Positions 39,271-48,848 of a DNA stretch of 64,000 nt are shown one piece after another. Below the pieces are notes generated by a model that saw nothing but the letters and a program-made list of their open reading frames with translations, did no database searches and was not told the DNA's origin. The position numbers and the translations under genes are program-made. The first letter of the stretch is position 1, and each line of letters starts with the position of its first letter. The stretch comes from Candidatus Izemoplasmatales bacterium (GTDB taxonomy: Bacteria > Bacillota_I > Bacilli_A > Izemoplasmatales > Hujiaoplasmataceae): contig JBMNEZ010000001.1 in the NCBI GenBank assembly GCA_050949045.1, forward strand, positions 544,001 to 608,000, given 5' to 3'.

Positions 39271-40082
39271 AGAAACGGCGTATAATACAAGGCGTTCTCA
39301 AAGCCTTTTGCGGTATATTGACCGGAATCACCTTCGTAGCCTTGTATCTCCCGATCATCATGATCCTGATCCTTTCCGTTAACGATTCCACTCGTGGCTA
39401 CGGGTGGGAAGGATTTACCCTAAAGTGGTATGGACGGCTCTTCACGGATGATGTGATGCGCGAACCAATCGTAAATACCGTCTCAATCGCGATCCTTTCA
39501 ACGATCATCGCTACGATCCTTGGCACCGCCTTCGCGATCGGCATCCATTCGCTCCAGAAGAAGAACCGGATTCGGATGATGATCTTGAACAATATTCCCA
39601 TCGTCAATCCGGACATTGTCACAGGCATCTCGCTGATGATAATTTTTTCCATTCTATCGTTCACACTTGGCTTCGGCACGGTCCTAATAGCCCATATCTT
39701 TTTCTCAATTCCCTATGTTGTCCTGAACGTCATTCCCAAACTTAAGCGACTCGATCCAAACCTGTACGAGGCAGCACTTGATCTTGGGTGCACCCGTTTC
39801 GGCGGGGTTTGGAGAGTTATTCTGCCGAATATCAGCACCGGCATCTTGACAGGATCTCTGATTGCTTTCACGATGTCAATCGATGATTTTGTGATCACCT
39901 ATTTCACTTCTGGTAACGAATACATGAACGTTTCTACTTGGCTATATGCCAGTTTGGCTAGGGAAGGAAGATCAAGCCTGACCCCGGTTGCCTATGCTTA
40001 TAACACGATCATATTTGTGATGACGATTGCCATCATCATCTTTGTCAATCTCAAAAAGGAAAGGAAGGAAAAAACCGCATGA
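39267..40082 (+). CDS. potC: Spermidine/putrescine ABC permease
   Basis: GFTLKWY, PDIVTGISL, EAALDLG, FTMSIDDF. Confidence 0.9.
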   Translation: MKKRRIIQGVLKAFCGILTGITFVALYLPIIMILILSVNDSTRGYGWEGFTLKWYGRLFTDDVMREPIVNTVSIAILSTIIATILGTAFAIGIHSLQKKNRIRMMILNNIPIVNPDIVTGISLMIIFSILSFTLGFGTVLIAHIFFSIPYVVLNVIPKLKRLDPNLYEAALDLGCTRFGGVWRVILPNISTGILTGSLIAFTMSIDDFVITYFTSGNEYMNVSTWLYASLAREGRSSLTPVAYAYNTIIFVMTIAIIIFVNLKKERKEKTA

Positions 40083-41155
40083 AAAAGCTTATAACCATCA
40101 TCGCAACACTGTTTCTTGTTGTTTCTATCTACGGTTGTCAGTCTCGGGAAAGGATATACGTGCTCAATTGGGGCGATTATCTTGACGAGTCGCTGATCAA
40201 GGATTTTGAGAAGGAATTTAATGTCCGCGTGAAGTACAAGACGGTCGGCTCCAACGAAGAGATGGCCTCCCTGCTCAAAGCCAAGAATGCCGTCTATGAC
40301 TTGGTGTTTCCGTCAGACTACATGATTGACAAATTCGTCGAAGACGATTTGATCCAAACCATTGATTTTTCACTATTGCCCAACCACGAAACCTTGTCGC
40401 TCAACCAGACACTGGCGGGCCTTTACGAAGGTTATGGCATCAGCGATTATGTTGTCCCCTATGCCTGGGGAACAATCGGCATCATGTATCGCACCGATAA
40501 ACCCGGACTAAAGGAATTGTTGGAAACGAAAGAGTGGGCCGTTTTGTTTGAGTATGGCGACACTTACCGAACCGGAATGTACGATTCCCCTCGAGATGCA
40601 GTTGCCGCGGCGCTCCTCTACCTCGGCTACTCGGTCAATTCCGAAAATGAGGGTGAACTGGCTGAAGCAGAAGTGGCACTGAAGAATGCTGGCTTCTATG
40701 CCTGGGGCGAAGACAACCTCAAAGGCAGAGTCATCGCCAATACGCTTGATTTAGCGCTCGTCTATTCGGGCGACTATTTCTCTGAATATTATTCAGCCGT
40801 CGAGGACGAACGAGAGATTAACTTCGGATTCTATGTGCCGAATGCGACCAACGTTTGGATGGATGGCATGGTGATTCCCAAAATTGCGAGGAATGTTCCT
40901 CTGGCTCACAAGTTCATCGATTTCCTCCTGCGGGAGGATATCGCCTTGGCCAACTACCAGTATATCGGCTATGCCCCGCCATATGATTTGATTTATGACG
41001 AGATTTATGCTGAGATCGAGACCGATTTTGGCGGACTCGCCGCAAATTTCGATCCCTACCCCGAAGGGTCAATCCGAGAAATGTACGTCTACGGTTCCAA
41101 TGAACGCTCGAAAAGCATTGTCGATATCTTGCAACGGGCAAAAGCTTCCAGTTAA
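40079..41155 (+). CDS. potD: Spermidine/putrescine-binding lipoprotein
   Basis: Lipobox-like IYGC, NWGDY, SNEEM, PSDYM, WGTIG, YSGD, WMDGMVIP. Confidence 0.9.
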   Translation: MKKLITIIATLFLVVSIYGCQSRERIYVLNWGDYLDESLIKDFEKEFNVRVKYKTVGSNEEMASLLKAKNAVYDLVFPSDYMIDKFVEDDLIQTIDFSLLPNHETLSLNQTLAGLYEGYGISDYVVPYAWGTIGIMYRTDKPGLKELLETKEWAVLFEYGDTYRTGMYDSPRDAVAAALLYLGYSVNSENEGELAEAEVALKNAGFYAWGEDNLKGRVIANTLDLALVYSGDYFSEYYSAVEDEREINFGFYVPNATNVWMDGMVIPKIARNVPLAHKFIDFLLREDIALANYQYIGYAPPYDLIYDEIYAEIETDFGGLAANFDPYPEGSIREMYVYGSNERSKSIVDILQRAKASS

Positions 41156-41156
41156 G

Positions 41157-41183
41157 AAAATACGCCACGAGGCGTATTTTTTT
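41157..41183 (+). terminator. Intrinsic terminator
   Basis: AAAATACGCC-acga-GGCGTATTTT plus TTT. Confidence 0.85.
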
Positions 41184-41260
41184 CAAGAGCGAATCCACTT
41201 TATCTTTTGAATCCTGTATGCTAGAATATGAGGGAACAAGATAATCTCGAAGGAGCGCCT

Positions 41261-41638
41261 ATGAGAGTAGCAGACAAGCGAAAACTACGCGAGGATGTTG
41301 TGACACTGCTCTATTTGACAAGCATGGGGGGCAGTTTCCTAAGAACTGAATACTCAGATTTAGTGGTTACCCGTCTCGATGAGGTCAATGAGCATCTTGA
41401 TGTTCTTGACAAGATCATAGCAGACAAACTAGAAAATTGGACGATTGACCGCTTGAACTATGTCGATAAAGCCATCATCCGCTACGCTGTCTATGAGATG
41501 AAGTATCTCATGCTTCCGCCTGAGATAGTCATCAACGAGGCATTGGAACTGACAAAGAAATACAGCAACCTCGACGACGACAACGCCAAAAGTTTCAACA
41601 ACCGCCTACTTCAGAATATCAAGGATTCCCTCGAATAG
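41261..41638 (+). CDS. nusB: Transcription antitermination factor NusB
   Basis: NWTIDRL..VDKAIIR, VINEALELTKKY; upstream of xseA; AGGAG RBS before ATG 41261. Confidence 0.9.
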   Translation: MRVADKRKLREDVVTLLYLTSMGGSFLRTEYSDLVVTRLDEVNEHLDVLDKIIADKLENWTIDRLNYVDKAIIRYAVYEMKYLMLPPEIVINEALELTKKYSNLDDDNAKSFNNRLLQNIKDSLE

Positions 41639-41648
41639 GAAGGAAGCA

Positions 41649-42926
41649 ATGGAAAGAAAATACCTGACCGTCACGGCACTCAATCGTTACCTGAAGTTCA
41701 AATTCGACAATGATCGAAATCTTCAGGATGTCTTGTTAAAGGCGGAAATATCCAATTTCAAACGGCACTCGCGAGGTCATCTGTATTTTACTCTCAAAGA
41801 TGATTCTTCCCAGATTCCCGCCATCATGTTTGCCGGCAACGCCGAGGGATTGCAGTTTTTTCCCAAGGACGGACAAGAAGTGATTGTCGAAGGCTATGTC
41901 AGCGTCTACGAACCTCAGGGGACTTATCAAATCTATGTTAAAAAAATGACCCAAGCGGGTGTTGGGGATCTCTATCTTGCCTATCAAAGACTGAAGGATA
42001 AACTCGAAGCTGAGGGACTTTTTCAAAGCAATCTGAAGCAGTCTATTCCAAAATACCCAAAAAAGATCGGGGTCATAACCTCCGAGACCGGAGCTGCTAT
42101 TAGGGATATCATCCATATAATAAACCGCCGTTACCCCCTCACTGGTATTATCGTCTATCCGACACTTGTCCAGGGAGATCAGGCAAAAATTTCGATCGTC
42201 GATGCCATTGAAAAGGCCAATCGCCAAAAACTCGTCGATGTCCTAATCATCGGCAGGGGCGGAGGCTCGATCGAGGATCTGTGGGCTTTTAATGAGGAAT
42301 GCGTTGCCAGAGCGATCCGCGCTTCCAAAATACCGACAATCAGTGCCGTTGGTCATGAGACCGACTACACGATCGCAGATTTCGTTGCCGATCTCAGGGC
42401 ACCGACACCCAGCGGGGCAGCGGAACTCTCTGTACCTGACCAGAGAGAACTGCTAGATTACCTACATCAACTCACTAATCGTCTCAGCGCAGCCATCCAA
42501 AGTGCCTGCAAAGTTAAAGCCGACCGGCTAGCTAATCTCGAACAATCACCCGTCTTGAAACATCCTGAGCGCCTTCTGGAAAATCGCGAATTAAGGCTGT
42601 CATCACTACAAGAACGTCTCCAGCAACTCCAGCCGCTTCGGATTACCACCGGTCTTATGGAGCGGATCGCTAATTTAGAGAAGACACTTGCCTACAATAT
42701 TGGCTCGATCAGGCAAAAGTATAGCCACAATTTTCAGATATTAGCCGAAAAACTGGAACTCGTGAACCCTTTCCAGGTCATCGACAAGGGTTATGCCATC
42801 ATCAAACGGGACGGGGTTTTCATCAAAACCGTCGCTTCTGTCACCGCAGGCGACGACATCGAAGTGATTATGAAGGACGGCCAACTAGCATGTGAAGTGC
42901 GGTCGGTCAGAAAGGAAACAGTCTAA
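41649..42926 (+). CDS. xseA: Exodeoxyribonuclease VII large subunit
   Basis: GHLYFTLKD, GAAIRD, RGGGSIEDLWAFN, VGHETD, APTPSGAAE. Confidence 0.98.
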   Translation: MERKYLTVTALNRYLKFKFDNDRNLQDVLLKAEISNFKRHSRGHLYFTLKDDSSQIPAIMFAGNAEGLQFFPKDGQEVIVEGYVSVYEPQGTYQIYVKKMTQAGVGDLYLAYQRLKDKLEAEGLFQSNLKQSIPKYPKKIGVITSETGAAIRDIIHIINRRYPLTGIIVYPTLVQGDQAKISIVDAIEKANRQKLVDVLIIGRGGGSIEDLWAFNEECVARAIRASKIPTISAVGHETDYTIADFVADLRAPTPSGAAELSVPDQRELLDYLHQLTNRLSAAIQSACKVKADRLANLEQSPVLKHPERLLENRELRLSSLQERLQQLQPLRITTGLMERIANLEKTLAYNIGSIRQKYSHNFQILAEKLELVNPFQVIDKGYAIIKRDGVFIKTVASVTAGDDIEVIMKDGQLACEVRSVRKETV

Positions 42927-42927
42927 T

Positions 42928-43158
42928 ATGCCACAACGACTATCATTCGAACAAGCGCTGGAAAAACTCGAAAAAGTTGTCAAGGAACTCGAATCCGGCG
43001 AGCTTCCGCTCGAGGAAGCAATCAAGAAGTACGAGGAAGGCACCAAACTTGCCGGCCATTGTCGAAATCTGATAAGCAATGCCGAGAGCGTGATTGTCAA
43101 ATTGATGAAAGGCGAAATCCCTGAAGATTTTCCCGACAATCCCGACGATCAAGCGTGA
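42928..43158 (+). CDS. xseB: Exodeoxyribonuclease VII small subunit
   Basis: SFEQALEKLE..V..LESGELPLEEAI..YEEG. Confidence 0.95.
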   Translation: MPQRLSFEQALEKLEKVVKELESGELPLEEAIKKYEEGTKLAGHCRNLISNAESVIVKLMKGEIPEDFPDNPDDQA

Positions 43159-43162
43159 TTGG

Positions 43163-45016
43163 ATGATTAACCTTCTAGACATCAAAGATCCTGATTTTCT
43201 CCGGGATCTATCCATCGCCGAACTGAACGAATTGGCTAAAACCATTCGCTCTTTCATCATTGAAAACGTCGCCAAGACCGGCGGACACCTTTCTTCAAAC
43301 CTTGGCGTAGTCGAACTGACGATCGCGATGCATAAGGTCTTTGATTCTCCAACGGACAAATTGATCTTTGATGTCGGACACCAAGCCTACACCCATAAGA
43401 TCCTCACTGGCCGCGCCCGGGCCTTTCCAACCTTAAGGCAGTATGGCGGGCTTTCCGGATATCTGAAACGCACGGAATCGGTCCATGACTGCTGGGAGGC
43501 CGGCCATTCCTCCACTGCCCTTGCGGCTCTGGCAGGTTATGAAATTGCCAGAATTCAAAATAAAGAAAAACACAAAGTCGTCGCTTTGGTTGGCGATGGG
43601 TCCCTCAACAGCGGCCTTTCTTTTGAAGCCCTTAATTTCATTGGCCACTATCAAGGCATTTCACCGGCGATCATTCTGAATGATAACGAGATGAGCATTT
43701 CGAAAAACGTCGGAACGCTTGCGAAACTGCTCAATTCGATGCGAACCTCCAAACCCTATATTCGCGCAACCAGAAGCCGATTCATGCCGAAATTCTTCAA
43801 TGAATTGAAAATCCGGATCGGCAATATGCTTCGAGGATTTGCCAAAAACATGACCATCTTCGATGAGTTCGGCCTGCAATACTATGGCCCGATCGATGGA
43901 CATAACATCAAGACATTGATCAGATACCTTGAACTAATCAAGAATGACAAGCACCCAGCGGTGCTCCATGTCATTACAAAAAAAGGGAAGGGTTATCCTC
44001 CGGCTGAGAACGATCTCCTTGGCTTGTGGCACGGTGTCGATCCTTTCGATCAAGTGACCGGAGAACCGACGATTAATATGCCTCCCGAGATTACAAGCTG
44101 GGGAAAAGTCGTTTCCAAATATTTGCTTGAACGGATCAAAACCGAAGACTTCACTGTGATCATTCCAGCGATGATCAATGGTTCGGGACTCCGAGAGTTT
44201 CAAGAAAAGTATCCCGACAAAATCATTGACGTCGGCATCTGCGAATCGTTTGCCGTCTGTTTTTCGGCCGGTTTGGCGCAATGCGGCAAAAAAGTCTTCG
44301 TGCCGATCTACTCCTCTTTTCTCCAGCGCGGCTATGACCAGGTGTCCCATGATGTCGCCAGACAGGGATTGCATGTCATATTTGCGATCGACAGGGCCGG
44401 CATTGTTGGTGGCGACGGCGAAACCCATCAGGGAATCTATGATATCGCCTATTTGAGGCATATTCCCGACCTTGAAATCGTCCAACCGATGGATGCCCGC
44501 GAGATGTTTCAACTGCTCGATTATGCCTTCTCTAAGACTTCCCGGCCGATTGCGATCCGCTATCCCAAGGGCAAGGTTCGCTATTTGCCCGAGCTTGTGG
44601 CGACCCGTGAACCAATTCTTGCGCCTTCTTGGAAGATGATTTTTGAAGGTGGTAGCGGTCATTTGATCGCTTATGGCGATAATGTCACCAGCCTTTTGGC
44701 AGAACTGCCCGACAGTGGGCTTGATGTTTCTTTGATCAATGCCCGGTTCATCAAACCGCTTGATCATGACTTTCTCGACTGGCTTGCCCAAACAGACAAG
44801 CCGCTGTTTGTGCTGGAGGATGTTTCCCGTGTCTGCGGCCTTGGCAGCGCCATCATGGAGTATTATGAATCAAAAGGAAAAGGCATTCCCAACTTGACAA
44901 TTTTCGGATTCCCCGATGCGTTCATCCACCAGGGCTCGCCTCAGGAAATCCAAGTCGAGCACGGACTCGATGCCAGGTCCGTCATCGCTCGGATCAAAAA
45001 GGCGCTTGGAGTGTAA
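43163..45016 (+). CDS. dxs: 1-deoxy-D-xylulose-5-phosphate synthase
   Basis: GGHLSSNLG, DVGHQ, GDG..NDN, YSSFLQR.YDQ, DRAG, GETHQG. Confidence 0.97.
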   Translation: MINLLDIKDPDFLRDLSIAELNELAKTIRSFIIENVAKTGGHLSSNLGVVELTIAMHKVFDSPTDKLIFDVGHQAYTHKILTGRARAFPTLRQYGGLSGYLKRTESVHDCWEAGHSSTALAALAGYEIARIQNKEKHKVVALVGDGSLNSGLSFEALNFIGHYQGISPAIILNDNEMSISKNVGTLAKLLNSMRTSKPYIRATRSRFMPKFFNELKIRIGNMLRGFAKNMTIFDEFGLQYYGPIDGHNIKTLIRYLELIKNDKHPAVLHVITKKGKGYPPAENDLLGLWHGVDPFDQVTGEPTINMPPEITSWGKVVSKYLLERIKTEDFTVIIPAMINGSGLREFQEKYPDKIIDVGICESFAVCFSAGLAQCGKKVFVPIYSSFLQRGYDQVSHDVARQGLHVIFAIDRAGIVGGDGETHQGIYDIAYLRHIPDLEIVQPMDAREMFQLLDYAFSKTSRPIAIRYPKGKVRYLPELVATREPILAPSWKMIFEGGSGHLIAYGDNVTSLLAELPDSGLDVSLINARFIKPLDHDFLDWLAQTDKPLFVLEDVSRVCGLGSAIMEYYESKGKGIPNLTIFGFPDAFIHQGSPQEIQVEHGLDARSVIARIKKALGV

Positions 45017-45135
45017 CATGAGTCTACTTTGAATGTTAGATTCTGATTGATTGAAAGATCATCACGAGGAATAGCATCTTATCATAATTCTAAACAAAGC
45101 GGCTATTCAGAGCGAAAACAAGTTGTTCAATCTAT

Positions 45136-45178
45136 AAAAAAAAAGAGGTATCTCTCAATGATATGATATCTCTTTTTT
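45136..45178. terminator. Probable bidirectional terminator
   Basis: A-run-GAGGTATC...GATATCTC-T6 between convergent dxs and the small ORF. Confidence 0.55.
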
Positions 45179-45190
45179 GCCTTCAAATTA

Positions 45191-45358
45191 CTAGGTAAAA
45201 ATATTGACTACATTATAAATGGCAGCGACTACGATTCCCAAGACCATGCCGATGGCGAGGATGAGGAGAATAATCCGGCCAGCCTTGCTTTTTGTCGGGT
45301 TGTATGTCTTGATTTCTTTTTCGACTTTCGAAGGTTTCGGTTTGCTGTTGTTTGCCAT
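45191..45358 (-). CDS. 55-aa single-pass membrane protein absent from the ORF track
   Basis: GAGGTG RBS; MANNSKPKPSKVEKEIKTYNPTKSKAGRIILLILAIGMVLGIVVAAIYNVVNIFT. Confidence 0.8.
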   Translation of the reverse strand: MANNSKPKPSKVEKEIKTYNPTKSKAGRIILLILAIGMVLGIVVAAIYNVVNIFT

Positions 45359-45440
45359 AGTCTCACCTCAATAGTTTATACGCTTAATAATTATACCCGA
45401 TGTCAGTAAAAAAAGAAAGTGATTTTTTCTATTTCTCAGT

Positions 45441-46313
45441 TCACAGAGATTGAAGATAAGCAATGACCTCGTTGGTGAGTTTTGATGGCGTTGAGGCTCC
45501 GCTTGAAACGCTGACAACAGAAACGTTTTCCAGATCAGATGGTTTGATATCGGCTACACTTTCGATGAGAAGGGTCTTTGTCTTGGTTTTCGTTTCACTG
45601 ATCTGGGCAAGATTTCGGGAGTTGTTGCTTAAGGGATCGCCAACGATATAGCAGAGATCGACCGTTTGATTAGTGTTGAAGGCGATGATTGCTTCTTGGC
45701 GGATTCTTGTTGAATGACAGATTTCATCTTGGATCTCGATCTTAGGATACTTGTCTTTAAGCGCCGTAAAAACCGTCTCTAAATCAAGATGGCTGAACGT
45801 GGTTTGATTGGTTGCAAACAAAAACTGCCCTAAATCTGGAAGAGTGGCAATGTCATCTACGGATTCGATGACCGTTATTCTCTCAGAGAGCCCGCTGACG
45901 GCTTCAGTCTCCGGATGATTACGCTTGCCGACAAAGATTATTTCATAACCTTTCTCAAGCTTTTGAAGAATCGTCTCATGAGTCAGATAGACATCTTTGC
46001 AGGTGGCATCGACGATGGCAAGCCCTTTGTCTCTAGCCTTCTTGAAGACTTTGGGATCAGCTCCGTGAGCGGTGATGACGATGGTTCCATGGTCGATTCC
46101 TGCGAGCAGGTCCATTCGGGAACGACCCTCGTCAAAAACGGTGAGAGCGCCTTTTGCCTTCAACTCATCTACGACATAGCGGTTATGAACGATCATCCCG
46201 AGGATTTGGATGGGACGGGGATAGGTGGGATCGGCAAGGACTTTCTCGACGATAGCGATGGCTCGGACAACACCGGGGCAAAATCCACGCGGCGTGATTG
46301 GAAGGACTTTCAA
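45441..46313 (-). CDS. ispH: 4-hydroxy-3-methylbut-2-enyl diphosphate reductase
   Basis: PRGFC.GV, IVHN, AHG, DATC, HPE, QTT, IC.ST..RQ, SNNS, GASTP; GGAGG then TTG 46313. Confidence 0.97.
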   Translation of the reverse strand: MKVLPITPRGFCPGVVRAIAIVEKVLADPTYPRPIQILGMIVHNRYVVDELKAKGALTVFDEGRSRMDLLAGIDHGTIVITAHGADPKVFKKARDKGLAIVDATCKDVYLTHETILQKLEKGYEIIFVGKRNHPETEAVSGLSERITVIESVDDIATLPDLGQFLFATNQTTFSHLDLETVFTALKDKYPKIEIQDEICHSTRIRQEAIIAFNTNQTVDLCYIVGDPLSNNSRNLAQISETKTKTKTLLIESVADIKPSDLENVSVVSVSSGASTPSKLTNEVIAYLQSL

Positions 46314-46385
46314 ATACAACCTCCGTTATTGTTTTACTTAATCTAAAATCTATTATATAATATTACTACTTGAAAAACAAAGGAA

Positions 46386-47690
46386 GTGTGGACGATGTTG
46401 ACTTTCAAAAAGCCCTATATCTTGACAGCGCTGAAAGAAATCGGCTTCTCCGCTCCGACCGAAGTGCAAGAACAAGTGATTCCCTTAGTCATGCAAGGAC
46501 ACGATATGATCGTCGAGGCTAAGACGGGATCTGGGAAAACTCATGCATACCTGTTGCCCTTGCTTGATAAGCTAGACGAAACAGAAGCAACAACCCAAGC
46601 TTTAATCATGGCCCCGACCGTCGAACTTGCCCGGCAGATTTTTGCTTTCGCCAAAGAAATCGTATCTTATTGTCCGGAAAAGATTGATGTTCGACTGTTC
46701 GTTGGTGGCGGCGATCGAAACCGAGAAATTGCGTCGCTAACGAAATCCCAGCCACAAATTGCAATCGGTACACCAGGGAAACTCTATGATTTAACGAGAC
46801 AACAAAATGCGCTCAAGACCCACAAAGTCGGAATGCTTGTCATCGATGAGGCGGACATGACCTTCGCAGAAGGTTATCTCTTCCAACTCGACCAAGTCGC
46901 CGCCACTATGCCGAAAGACTTGCAAATGCTCGTATTCTCGGCGACAATCCCTGAAAAAATCGAACCGTTCCTCAAAAAATATATGCATGCGCCAAAGATT
47001 CTCGCCATTCATTCCCAAGAAGAGCACAATCTTCAGATCAAGCACTATTTTGTGAAAACAAAGGAAGTCGATAAAAACATTGTTTTGGGAAATCTCCTCA
47101 AAACCTTTCAGCCCTATTTGTGCCTGATTTTCTGCAATACAATCAAGAGTTCTGATGATTTGTTTGAATATCTCAAGTCCAATAACTATAATGTTGCCCT
47201 GGTTAATGGGGATATCACGCCGAGAAAACGCAAACAGACGATCGACAGAATCAGAAATTATGAGTACCAGTACGTTGTGGCGACCGATATTTTGAGTCGG
47301 GGGATCGATCTTGACAATATCTCGCACATTGTCAACTATGATTTACCGAAAGATCCCCGTTTCTACATCCATCGCAGCGGCAGAACCGGGAGAATGATGG
47401 CCGAGGGGATATCTATATCCCTGTACGAATTCGCCGACAACGCCTATCTCGACCAGCTTGAAGCGTTAAAAATCCACTGTGAATACCGGGAAGTGAGAGA
47501 TGGCGAACTTTGTGAGATCAAAGATCGGCGCGAACGAACAAAACGTGAACGACCTCTTTCCGCTACCGTCCAAGCCGTTTCAAAAAAGATACCTGTGCCG
47601 AAAACTGTAAAGCCAAGGTATAAAGTAAAACGTCGGGAGAAGATCGCGAAAAAGGCCAAAGAGCTTCGCAAAAAAGGCAGGCGTATCTAA
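46386..47690 (+). CDS. DEAD-box RNA helicase (CshB-like)
   Basis: AKTGSGKT, PTVELA, DEAD, SAT, RGID, HRSGRTGR, basic tail. Confidence 0.93.
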   Translation: MWTMLTFKKPYILTALKEIGFSAPTEVQEQVIPLVMQGHDMIVEAKTGSGKTHAYLLPLLDKLDETEATTQALIMAPTVELARQIFAFAKEIVSYCPEKIDVRLFVGGGDRNREIASLTKSQPQIAIGTPGKLYDLTRQQNALKTHKVGMLVIDEADMTFAEGYLFQLDQVAATMPKDLQMLVFSATIPEKIEPFLKKYMHAPKILAIHSQEEHNLQIKHYFVKTKEVDKNIVLGNLLKTFQPYLCLIFCNTIKSSDDLFEYLKSNNYNVALVNGDITPRKRKQTIDRIRNYEYQYVVATDILSRGIDLDNISHIVNYDLPKDPRFYIHRSGRTGRMMAEGISISLYEFADNAYLDQLEALKIHCEYREVRDGELCEIKDRRERTKRERPLSATVQAVSKKIPVPKTVKPRYKVKRREKIAKKAKELRKKGRRI

Positions 47691-48205
47691 TGCTCAATAT
47701 TGTTCTTTATCAACCGGAAATACCTCAGAACACCGGTAACATCATGCGCACTTGCGCCGGGACCGGTTCAATCTTGCATCTAATTGAACCTCTCGGCTTC
47801 AAGTTAGACCAAAAAGCGCTTCGAAGAAGCAATCTCGATTACTATGAGCATGTCAACTATCATGTCTATTCGGATTGGGAGACATTTGCCAAGGCAAATC
47901 CGGGTGTCTATATCTATTGCACGCGCTATGGAGATAAAGCGCCCGATGCTTTTGATTTCAGCGATCAGACCATTGCATATTTTTTGGTATTCGGAAGAGA
48001 ATCGACAGGCTTGCCGAAATCACTCTTAAGAGCCAATCGCGATAGGCTGCTTCGACTGCCGATGACTTGTAAAATCCGCAGTTTGAATCTTGCAAACAGC
48101 GTTGCCGTCATTTTATACGAAGCTTTGCGCCAGCAAGGCTATCCGGGGCTGGAAAAGGAAGAACCTATAAATTTCAAAGGCCCTAACTGGATAGACTGTG
48201 AATGA
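47690..48205 (+). CDS. trmL: tRNA (cytidine/uridine-34-2'-O)-methyltransferase
   Basis: PEIPQNTGNI.RTC, FGRESTGL, RSLNLANS. Confidence 0.95.
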   Translation: MLNIVLYQPEIPQNTGNIMRTCAGTGSILHLIEPLGFKLDQKALRRSNLDYYEHVNYHVYSDWETFAKANPGVYIYCTRYGDKAPDAFDFSDQTIAYFLVFGRESTGLPKSLLRANRDRLLRLPMTCKIRSLNLANSVAVILYEALRQQGYPGLEKEEPINFKGPNWIDCE

Positions 48206-48290
48206 CATCATCTTTCCTTTGACAATTATTGGCTTTCAGGCATTGTTTTTGCTATAATATATCGAGTAGACTGATCGACAGGAATGACCA

Positions 48291-48848
48291 ATGATGACAC
48301 TAATACCACTGAGGAAATACCAACTTCAAAGTTATAAACACGATAAAAGCCTCCACCGGATCTGGAACCAAATCACTATCCTCGAAGAGACCGAAACTGA
48401 GATTGTGGTTGCCAATTACAGGACCAAAGTCATTGAAGCCAATGGTCGTGTCTGGTACACACGGGAACCATCTGTAATCTTTTTCTACAAAGACCACTGG
48501 TACAATGTGATCGCGATCATCAAACCGGTTGGCATTTCTTTCTACTGCAATCTATCATCCCCAGTCCTTTATGATCAGGAAGCAATCAAATATGTCGATT
48601 ATGACCTTGATATCAAAGTTTTACCTGATTTTAGTTTTACGGTCCTCGACAAAAACGAATTCAAGAAACACCAAATCGAAATGCAGTATCCGAAACGATT
48701 ATGCGACATCCTCGATCATGAACTATCCCATTTGATCAAGCGGATCGAGGAACGCCGCTCGCCGTTTAACCATGACTTGATTCATGGGTACTACCAAATC
48801 TTTCAGAATGCAGGAGTGAAGAAAAATGTTAAAAGATCCCAGAATTGA
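48291..48848 (+). CDS. DUF402/YgaC-family nucleoside tri/diphosphate phosphatase
   Basis: QSYKHD.SLHR.W, W.TREP, YCNLSSP, YVDYDLDIKV. Confidence 0.9.
   Translation: MMTLIPLRKYQLQSYKHDKSLHRIWNQITILEETETEIVVANYRTKVIEANGRVWYTREPSVIFFYKDHWYNVIAIIKPVGISFYCNLSSPVLYDQEAIKYVDYDLDIKVLPDFSFTVLDKNEFKKHQIEMQYPKRLCDILDHELSHLIKRIEERRSPFNHDLIHGYYQIFQNAGVKKNVKRSQN

Noticed and set aside
43934..44791. 285-aa antisense ORF over dxs, and the many similar short overlapping ORFs in the track
   Set aside because: Antisense or alternate-frame shadows of well-identified genes
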